In this document: positions 56,996-64,000 of the stretch, piece by piece
How the letters are laid out: each line of letters begins with the position of its first letter
Position numbering within the stretch: position 1 is the first letter of the stretch
NCBI GenBank assembly: GCA_030688315.1
Contig: JAUYIT010000037.1
Span: 3,348-67,347, forward strand
Origin: Candidatus Komeilibacteria bacterium
GTDB taxonomy: Bacteria > Patescibacteriota > Patescibacteriia > UBA1558 > UBA10009
Direction: 5' to 3'
Length of the DNA stretch: 64,000 nucleotides
The notes under the pieces: generated by a model
Database searches by the model: none
What the model saw: the letters and a program-made list of their open reading frames with translations, nothing else
What the model was told of the DNA's origin: nothing
Translations under genes and position numbers: made by a program

Positions 56996-58402
56996 TTGAT
57001 TATTTTCCAGAAATTAGCTAGTATGTTAAGTAATATGTCGTTAAATCCGTCAATTTTTAAGGCCTACGATATCAGGGGGATTTACCCCACTGAAATCAAT
57101 GAAGAAGCCGCCGGTCAAATTGCTCAGGCGTATTTAAGCGTGCTGACGGAAAAAACCGGCAAGGCCATTAAGGATTTTAAAATCGTGGTGGCCACCGATA
57201 ATCGTTTAGGTTCGGCTAAAATTATTAAAGCCGCCATGGCGATTTTTTTGGAATACGGAGTAGGGGTGACCGATATCGGTCTGGTTTCCATCAACGATTA
57301 CTATTTTGCCGCGGGCAATTATGATTTTGACGCCGGCATCATGGCCACTGCTTCGCATAACCCCGCCGAATACAGCGGTTTTAAACTGGCTATTAAAAAC
57401 AACGGCGGCGTGGAATTTTTGAGCGGTGTGGCTTTGTATCAGCAGATGCAAAAAATGACTTTTCCGCTTGCGGCTGAAAAAGTTCAGGGCCAACTTAAAA
57501 CTCAAGACGTCAGCGATGATCATTTAAAGCACATTTTTTCATTTGTTGATTTGGAAAAAATCAAACCGTTTAAAATTGTGGTTGATAGCGGCAACGGCAT
57601 GAACGGTTTAATGACGCCAAAAATATTTTCCCTATTGCCCGGCCAATTGATTCATCTTTTTCCCGAACTGGACGGCAATTTTCCTAACCGCGCTCCTAAT
57701 CCATTACAGCCGGGCGCGGCTGAAAAAATCCAAGCCAAAATATTGTCGGCCAAAGCCGATTTGGGCGTGATGTTTGATGTGGACGGCGATCGGATTTTTT
57801 TGCTGGATGAACTGGGTAATTTAATTAAAGGCGATATGACTTTATTGCTACTCGCCAAGCCGATGCTTAAAAAGTTTCCGGGCGCAGGCATTGCCTATAA
57901 TTTGATTTGCTCGCACGCGGTTAAAGATTTGGTAAGCAAATGGGGCGGGCGGCCGTTACGGAGCGAAGTCGGTTACATGAATTTGGCTCGGCATATCCGC
58001 GAACAAGGCGGAGTAATGAGCGGCGAAGTTTCCGGCCATTACGCGTTTAAGGATAATTTTAACGCCGACAATGCTTTTATCGCTTTATTGCTAGCTTTGC
58101 AAACCATTTCCGAAGATGGCCGGCCCTTATCCGCGATTATCAAAGATTATCAGTTATACGCTAGAGGGGATGAATTGAATTTTAAAGTTGATGATATTAC
58201 GGCTAAGCTGGATAAAATCCGCCGGCATTATCAAAAAAATATTTTGGATGAAATTGACGGCCTTACGGTTGAATTTGGCGACTGGTGGTTTAACGTTCGG
58301 CCTTCCAACACCGAACCGTTATTAAGGATAACTGTTGAAGCAAAGAATGAAGAAGAATTGAAGAAGAGGCAGGAAGAGGTTTTAAATGTAATAAACAGCT
58401 AA
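56996..58402 (+). CDS. Phosphoglucomutase/phosphomannomutase (alpha-D-phosphohexomutase)
   Basis: Active-site TASHNPAEYSGFK, metal-binding FDVDGDR. The start may be 57023. Confidence 0.9.
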   Translation: MIIFQKLASMLSNMSLNPSIFKAYDIRGIYPTEINEEAAGQIAQAYLSVLTEKTGKAIKDFKIVVATDNRLGSAKIIKAAMAIFLEYGVGVTDIGLVSINDYYFAAGNYDFDAGIMATASHNPAEYSGFKLAIKNNGGVEFLSGVALYQQMQKMTFPLAAEKVQGQLKTQDVSDDHLKHIFSFVDLEKIKPFKIVVDSGNGMNGLMTPKIFSLLPGQLIHLFPELDGNFPNRAPNPLQPGAAEKIQAKILSAKADLGVMFDVDGDRIFLLDELGNLIKGDMTLLLLAKPMLKKFPGAGIAYNLICSHAVKDLVSKWGGRPLRSEVGYMNLARHIREQGGVMSGEVSGHYAFKDNFNADNAFIALLLALQTISEDGRPLSAIIKDYQLYARGDELNFKVDDITAKLDKIRRHYQKNILDEIDGLTVEFGDWWFNVRPSNTEPLLRITVEAKNEEELKKRQEEVLNVINS

Positions 58403-58473
58403 CCGTCATTGCGAGCGAATGGAATGGCGAAGCAATCCCGACGAGATTGCTTCGTCGCTACGCTCCTCGCAAT
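58402..58473. repeat. REP-like element, copy 6 (short form)
   Basis: ccGTCATTGCGAGcgaatggaatggcGAAGCAATCCCGacgaGATTGCTTCgtcgctacgCTCCTCGCAATGACag. Confidence 0.8.
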
Positions 58474-58484
58474 GACAGTAAAAT

Positions 58485-59288
58485 ATGATAGGTATATTTG
58501 ACTCCGGTTTTGGAGGATTAACAGTCTTCAAAGAAATTAAGAGGGCCCTGCCCAAGTATGATTATATTTATCTTGGCGATAGTTTGCGCAGCCCTTACGG
58601 CGGCCGTACCCAGGAAACGATTCACCAATTTACCCAACAAGCGGTTGATTTTTTGTTTAAGCAGGGTTGCCAGTTGGTAATTTTGGCCTGCAATACCGCT
58701 TCCAGCGAGGCCTTGCGCAAGCTTCAACAAGAATGGCTGCCGGCTCATCATCCTGAACGTCGAATCTTAGGCGTGATTAGGCCACTGGCGGAAGAGGCAA
58801 TTAAAGCGTCCCGTTTTGGCCGCATTGGCGTGGTAGGCACTAAAGCCACCGTTCAATCCAAGGCCTATGAAAAAGAATTAAAGCATCTAAAAAAAGAAGT
58901 TAAAGTTTATCAGCAGTCAGCGCCGTTGTTGGTGCCGTTAATTGAAGAAGGTTGGCTGGATAAACCGGAAACCAGAATGATAATTAAAAAGTATTTGCGG
59001 CCGTTAAAAGACGCGCAGATTGATAGTTTGATTTTGGGCTGTACTCATTATCCTTTGTTGATGAAAGAATTTAAGAGAATCGCGGGCAAGCGGGTTAACG
59101 TTTTAAACGCGCCTAAAATAGTGGCTGATAAGTTGGTTGATTATTTAAACCGTCATCCGGAAATTGAAAACAAGTTGACTCGCAACGGTCAGATTAAGTA
59201 TTTAACCACCAACAGCCCCGAACATTTTGACGAACTAGGCAGTAAGTTTTTGGGCTCCCCAATCAAAAGCGCCAAGGTGGCATTGTAA
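58485..59288 (+). CDS. murI: Glutamate racemase
   Basis: MIGIFDSGFGGLTV, ACNTAS, GCTHYP motifs. Confidence 0.93.
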   Translation: MIGIFDSGFGGLTVFKEIKRALPKYDYIYLGDSLRSPYGGRTQETIHQFTQQAVDFLFKQGCQLVILACNTASSEALRKLQQEWLPAHHPERRILGVIRPLAEEAIKASRFGRIGVVGTKATVQSKAYEKELKHLKKEVKVYQQSAPLLVPLIEEGWLDKPETRMIIKKYLRPLKDAQIDSLILGCTHYPLLMKEFKRIAGKRVNVLNAPKIVADKLVDYLNRHPEIENKLTRNGQIKYLTTNSPEHFDELGSKFLGSPIKSAKVAL

Positions 59289-59290
59289 AT

Positions 59291-59716
59291 ATGTCGAGAA
59301 TTCTCTTTCCTGACCAAGTAATCCTGGAAAATGATTATTTTAAAGTTGTCTAGGATTGGGAGGTTCCCATACCCGCCTTTTTTATCATTAGCGCAAAAAG
59401 AAAAGTTTATTCCATTACTGAATTTACAACCGAAGAATTGAATGAGTTCATTCAAACGGCGGTAAAAGTCAGGCTGGCAATGAAAGAAGTTTTAAAAGTA
59501 AAGGATGTCTATTTTTTTCAAAATGAGGACTCGGAGCACGGCTTTCATTTATGGCTTTTCCCCCGCCTTGACTGGATGGAAAAATTCGGCAGAAAAATAG
59601 AATCGGTCAGGCCGATTATGGAATACGCCAAAAATAATCTGATTAATGAAAACGATCTCCGACAGGTTACGGAGACCGTTAAGCAGTTAAGATTATTTTT
59701 CAATCAAGTTGGTTGA
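59291..59716 (+). pseudogene. HIT-family hydrolase gene interrupted by an in-frame TAG (codon 21)
   Basis: MSRILFPDQVILENDYFKVV-TAG-DWEVPIPAFFIISAKRKVY...HGFHLWLFPR, all in one frame (TAG at 59351-59353). HIT-like blocks lie on both sides of the stop. Confidence 0.55.
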
Positions 59717-59718
59717 TC

Positions 59719-60696
59719 TTACAGTAACCCCATTTTTTTCTTTATTTCCAAGATATTCTTGCCGGCAATTTTGCCGGCTTTTTTAGCGCCATCGGCCAAA
59801 ATTTTAACCACCTGTTTTTTGTTCTGAAGCAGTTTTTTCTTTCTTTCCTGAATTGGTTGAAGATTTTTAATAATGGCTTCAGCCAGCTCGGTTTTTAATT
59901 CCGAGTATTTTAAGGTTTTATTATCGTAAGCGCTCGTCAGCTTTTGATGGGCCAAAGTCGCGTTAAACAATTTAAGCAAATCAAACAGGTTTTTAACACC
60001 AGCGGACATAGCATCGGACGCTGGGCCAGTATCAGTTACGGCTGACATGATTTTTTTTCTAATTACCTCGGGCTCATCGGATAATGCTATTAGATTATTG
60101 GCGCCTAAAGATTTACTCATCTTTTTTTCCGGATTAGTGAGTGACATAATCTTGGCGCCTTCACTGATAACCGGTTTGATTTCTTCATAATACTTACCAA
60201 ACTTATTATTGAATTTGCGGACAATTGTATTTGTCAGTTCCAAATGCTGTAATTGGTCCTGACCAACGGGTACTACTTCGGATTTGTATAAAAGAATATC
60301 GGCCGCCTGCAAAACCGGATAATCAAACAAGCCGGTGTTGATGTTTTCTTTATGTTGACTGGCTTTATCTTTAAATTGTGTCATTCGTTCCAGTTCGGCA
60401 ATGGGCGTTAAGGTATTAAAATACCAACATAGCTCGGTATGCTGGGGCACTTGGGATTGCACAAACAAAATCGATTTTTTAGGGTCAATGCCAATGGCCA
60501 GTAAATCCATGGCCGTATTCAAAATCGTCTCCTGGTATTCGGCCGGATTATAATCAATGGTAATGGAATGTAAGTCCGCGACCATAAAGTGGCACTGGTA
60601 TTTATCTTGAAGTTCAAGCCAGTTTTTTAAGGCCCCTAAATAGTTGCCGATATGGATTTCACCGGTCGGCTGTATGCCGGAAAGTAGGATTTTCAT
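59719..60696 (-). CDS. trpS: Tryptophan--tRNA ligase
   Basis: HIGH motif (TGEIHIGNYLG), KMSKS motif. Confidence 0.95.
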   Translation of the reverse strand: MKILLSGIQPTGEIHIGNYLGALKNWLELQDKYQCHFMVADLHSITIDYNPAEYQETILNTAMDLLAIGIDPKKSILFVQSQVPQHTELCWYFNTLTPIAELERMTQFKDKASQHKENINTGLFDYPVLQAADILLYKSEVVPVGQDQLQHLELTNTIVRKFNNKFGKYYEEIKPVISEGAKIMSLTNPEKKMSKSLGANNLIALSDEPEVIRKKIMSAVTDTGPASDAMSAGVKNLFDLLKLFNATLAHQKLTSAYDNKTLKYSELKTELAEAIIKNLQPIQERKKKLLQNKKQVVKILADGAKKAGKIAGKNILEIKKKMGLL

Positions 60697-60876
60697 TTTT
60701 AATCAGATTAATTTTATACTTATTGATATTGTAGCAGGAATTTGTGGTTATTTATAGGTTGACAGATTATGTAGAATGTGATTTAAATAGTAATGTAATG
60801 AACATTTCACCGTCCGTTGGAAATACCTTCTAAGGTTGGAGGTATTAAGAACGAACATTTTTCAAGGTCTCAGCGT

Positions 60877-61416
60877 ATGACACAAGATCGATCGGCCTTA
60901 CTCCTGCACGTAAAAGAGGTTGAGATTCGAACAACACCAAGTCAAGATCCTTTTACTATTGGTGACTACTTTGAACGGAACACCGGTAGGGAAAGTGTGA
61001 AGATCTTTGGTCTAGGAGATTTTTTTAGATCAAGGTTTTTAGGGCTCGTTGAACAACCGACTCCTTCTCTCTTTCTGATAAACTATCACACACTTACTCG
61101 GTGTTGTGAGCACGGCGGGCCAATTATCACTGAACTTGGCGGCGAAGATAAACCAGGGCTTTCCTTTGGGGAAGTTTGGAGGTTCATGATGATTGATGGG
61201 TACACGAGCCATAGGCTCATGTCTCATACTCATCAGGCGAATATTTTCTTTGTTCGTATTGATGGCATCATCTACATGATCCATGCTAGGGCTCAACCGT
61301 TTGGAAGTAGCCATGCCTGGTTCATGGATGCAGACTTTGTTGACGGAGTCACAAATGTTTGTAACGATGGCGATCGGGTCTTCTCTCGCAGTCAGAAAAC
61401 TTCTTTGATAGTTTAG
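60877..61416 (+). CDS. Hypothetical protein (Cys/His-containing)
   Basis: MTQDRSALLLHVKE...TRCCEHGG...MSHTHQ...SSHAWFMDAD. No recognised family. The longer reading would need a TTG start. Confidence 0.45.
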   Translation: MTQDRSALLLHVKEVEIRTTPSQDPFTIGDYFERNTGRESVKIFGLGDFFRSRFLGLVEQPTPSLFLINYHTLTRCCEHGGPIITELGGEDKPGLSFGEVWRFMMIDGYTSHRLMSHTHQANIFFVRIDGIIYMIHARAQPFGSSHAWFMDADFVDGVTNVCNDGDRVFSRSQKTSLIV

Positions 61417-61481
61417 GCTCGTTATGACCTTAGACCACTGGTCCCTCTAGAATTTCTTTGTAGATTCCAGGGGGTCTTTTT

Positions 61482-62375
61482 TTATCCAAACAAAATAATA
61501 ATGATCGCGCCGGCCAACATTAGTAACACACCGGGTAATCTTTTTAATAAATTTTTTTCCTTAAAAATCAGCGGCCCGAGTAAAATGGGAATTAAAAAGG
61601 CGGCGCGTTTGATGGAAATAACGTAGTTAACTAAAATTGTTGAGTAAGCGTTAAACATCAACCAGCCGCTGATAACAATAATCAAGCCGATAATCAAAAA
61701 AAGCGGCCAGTAATTTTTAAAACTTTTCACAACTTCATTTTTAACCAGGCTTTTTTTGGCCAGCAACCATCCCCAAATTACCAGCCATACGCCGGTAAAA
61801 ACGTAGAGCCAGGTTAAGTAGCCGACCGATGTTGATTGCTGAAGGCCCAGTTTGTCCAAAGGCCCGGCCACGCAATATAGCAAAGCCACCAGTATCATTA
61901 AACGGCTGCCTAAGGAAAATTTCCAAGCGCCTTTTTTGTTTTCAACCCGGCTTAAATAAAAAGCTCCGCCAATAATGGCGCCGATGCCGAATAAGGCCAA
62001 TATGGTAGGGCTATCCCTGAACAGTAGCCATTCCACCGGAATAATAAAAATAGAAGTTAAATATAAAAAAGGCAGGGTCAAGGAAAAATCTTCAATGGCG
62101 TAAGCCTTTAAAGTAAGGTACACGCCCAGGGCCTGAACCGAAGCGCTGATGGCCGCAAGCAGAATGGAAGTTGCGTTGAGGGTAAACTGGTTAAGCGTGA
62201 GCGCCAAAACAATACTGATCAGCGCCAGAAAAAAATAGAGGTTTATCAAAACAGCGCTTTGCGTCTGTTTTTTAGTGGTCACCAAATATTTTTGTCCTAT
62301 TTCGGCGCCGGAGGCGATAATAGCGCCCAACACGGCCGCGCCAAAGCCGGTCAACAACAGTTGAGTTAAATTCAT
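61482..62375 (-). CDS. EamA/DMT-superfamily transporter
   Basis: Ten predicted TM helices in a duplicated EamA-like arrangement. Confidence 0.7.
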   Translation of the reverse strand: MNLTQLLLTGFGAAVLGAIIASGAEIGQKYLVTTKKQTQSAVLINLYFFLALISIVLALTLNQFTLNATSILLAAISASVQALGVYLTLKAYAIEDFSLTLPFLYLTSIFIIPVEWLLFRDSPTILALFGIGAIIGGAFYLSRVENKKGAWKFSLGSRLMILVALLYCVAGPLDKLGLQQSTSVGYLTWLYVFTGVWLVIWGWLLAKKSLVKNEVVKSFKNYWPLFLIIGLIIVISGWLMFNAYSTILVNYVISIKRAAFLIPILLGPLIFKEKNLLKRLPGVLLMLAGAIIIILFG

Positions 62376-62425
62376 AATTCAATTGTTATTTTGAGCGAAC
62401 GGCGGGGATCCCCGCCACGCGTTAA

Positions 62426-64000
62426 TTACACTTCAATAATCACCGGTAAAACCATCGGCCGGCGTTCGGTGTGCTGGAACAAAAACTTGCCGATTTCGTT
62501 GCGGACCTTATCTTTAATGTAAGCATCGTTAGTGGAGTTGCTGGGATTGTAATCTTTAAGCAGAGCTTTGACTTTTTTGCGCGTATCTTCCACTAGTTTC
62601 TTGTTTTCTTTCATGTAGATAAATCCGCGGGAAATAAGATCGGGGTTTTGCACCAGCTCGCCGGTTTTGGCGCGGATGGTGGCAATAACCACAATCATGC
62701 CGTCTTCGGCCATCATCTGCCGATCGCGCAAAACAATGTTGGAAACATCGCCCACGCCCAAGCCGTCCACAAATACGTAGTCGGTCGGCACTTTTTTATT
62801 GGTCAGTACGCCGCCCTTTTTGGTGAATTCTATGACCTGCCCGTTATCGGCCACAAAAATGTTATCGGGATTAACGCCGGCGGCCAAAGCGTTTTTGGCG
62901 TTTAAGCGCAAAAAGGAATGATGGCCTTCTACCGGAATAAAGTATTTAGGTTTAACTAAAGAAATGAAGAATTTTAAATCTTCGGCCTTGGCGTGGCCGC
63001 CAGCGTGCACGTCCATCATTTGGTAATGGATGACTTCGGCGCCCTGGCGGTACAGCGAGTCCTTGAGCCGTTGAACCGACCGTTCGTTGCCCGGAATAAC
63101 GGAGGAGGAAAAAACAATCGTATCGCCCTTTTCAATTTTCAAACTTTTATGTTCGCGGTTGGCGATGCGCATCAGCACGGCCCGGTCTTCGCCTTGGGCG
63201 CCGGTGCAAACAATCAAAATTTTATTCTTGGGATAATTATCAATGTGTTTAACATCAATGATGGTATCTTTTTTGATTTTGAGGTAGCCCAAGGCCTTGG
63301 CGATTTCCACGTTGGTTTTCATGGAGTAGCCCTCAATAATCACTTTTTTGCCGAACATTTCGGCCGCCACAATGATCTGTTGAATACGTCCGAGCAATGA
63401 AGCAAAGGTGCCCATAATTACCCGGCCGGGCGCGTCCTTCATAATATCATCAAGGTTGTGCTGAATTTCGTTTTCGCTTAATTGGTGGCCGGATTGCGAA
63501 GCGTTGGTGGAGTCGGCCAACAAAGCCAACACGTTTTCCTGCCCCAGCTGTTTGATTTTATCAATTTCGGTGCCGGTGGCGCCGGTTTCATTAAGATCAA
63601 TTTTAAAATCGCCGGTATGAACAATTTTGCCCAAAGGCGTATCCACCACCAAACCCATGCTGGTGGGAATATTGTGGCTGACGCCAAAGAAGCCCACTTT
63701 AAACACGCCCGCTTTAATAACGTCATTGGTGCTAACGGCCTGCATGTTAAGCGGAGAGGCGTTTTGGTAATCGCCCTGGCGCTTGCCAATAATAGCCAAG
63801 CTTAAATCGGAACTATAAATAGTAGGGCTGCCCAAAGCGTCCATCAAATGGGGAATGGCACCGATGTGGTCGTAGTGGGCGTGGGTGATAAAAACGCCCC
63901 TGATGTTTTTGACCTTGTCGCGCAGGTATTCAATGTTGGGAATAATGTAATCAATGCCCGGCATGTCTTCTTCCGGAAACTGCAAACCCAAGTCAATAAT
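62426..64000 (-). CDS. rnj: Ribonuclease J (metallo-beta-lactamase / beta-CASP), N-terminus beyond window end
   Basis: HAHYDHIGAIPHL zinc motif, beta-CASP region, C-terminal domain. The first ~40 aa are missing. Confidence 0.88.
   Translation of the reverse strand: MIDLGLQFPEEDMPGIDYIIPNIEYLRDKVKNIRGVFITHAHYDHIGAIPHLMDALGSPTIYSSDLSLAIIGKRQGDYQNASPLNMQAVSTNDVIKAGVFKVGFFGVSHNIPTSMGLVVDTPLGKIVHTGDFKIDLNETGATGTEIDKIKQLGQENVLALLADSTNASQSGHQLSENEIQHNLDDIMKDAPGRVIMGTFASLLGRIQQIIVAAEMFGKKVIIEGYSMKTNVEIAKALGYLKIKKDTIIDVKHIDNYPKNKILIVCTGAQGEDRAVLMRIANREHKSLKIEKGDTIVFSSSVIPGNERSVQRLKDSLYRQGAEVIHYQMMDVHAGGHAKAEDLKFFISLVKPKYFIPVEGHHSFLRLNAKNALAAGVNPDNIFVADNGQVIEFTKKGGVLTNKKVPTDYVFVDGLGVGDVSNIVLRDRQMMAEDGMIVVIATIRAKTGELVQNPDLISRGFIYMKENKKLVEDTRKKVKALLKDYNPSNSTNDAYIKDKVRNEIGKFLFQHTERRPMVLPVIIEV

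Overview
The window is 64 kb of an AT-biased (~43-45% GC) bacterial chromosome. Gene content (short 4-domain rpsA, rpsP with a K/A/E-rich tail, pilB/gspE, ftsH, many small unknown proteins, very few Shine-Dalgarno sites, and a 16S rRNA with one mismatch in the universal 515F site) fits a reduced-genome Patescibacteria/CPR-like organism; this is inference only. The window opens with a partial 16S rRNA on the minus strand with its consensus promoter. It then runs through about 60 CDS. Confident core calls are fba, glpX, the rpsP-khpA-trmD operon, smc, pyrE/pyrF, argH-like, rnc, rpmF, tsaD/tsaE, valS, pilB, ftsH, rpsA, gyrA, ruvB, queA, ychF, uvrD-like, ribF-like, glyA, pmm, murI, trpS and rnj (partial). 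One tRNA-Glu(TTC) is present. No CRISPR array, integrase or transposase was found. Points beyond routine annotation, each also reported as a finding: (1) a dispersed family of ~70-150 nt nested-palindrome REP/MITE-like elements (six copies plus a related compound terminator), mostly bounded by AAAGGCCTTGCC...GGCAAGGCCTTT, sitting exactly where terminators are expected; (2) a MntA/HepT toxin-antitoxin pair inserted between pyrE and pyrF and translationally coupled to pyrF; (3) pyrE and pyrF that look strikingly like eukaryotic URA5/URA3; (4) a higher-GC three-gene accessory island next to tRNA-Glu with consensus promoter and SD signals and a frameshifted gene end; (5) an HD-domain / DUF3800 / NUDIX cluster; (6) a NusB-NUDIX fusion; (7) an RNase H-like exonuclease-WYL fusion; (8) several self-contained units (consensus TTGACA-N16/17-TATAAT promoter + strong SD + terminator) that encode unknown, higher-GC proteins, including a 78-aa Cys/His-rich peptide; (9) two ORF-free regions (17.58-18.10 kb and 52.47-53.06 kb) with divergent consensus promoters, perfect palindromes and degenerate tandem repeats, which are candidate ncRNA loci; (10) a HIT-family gene with an in-frame TAG; (11) repetitive AAATCACAAG / CCAATTTCC motifs that create in-frame insertions in tsaD and valS.
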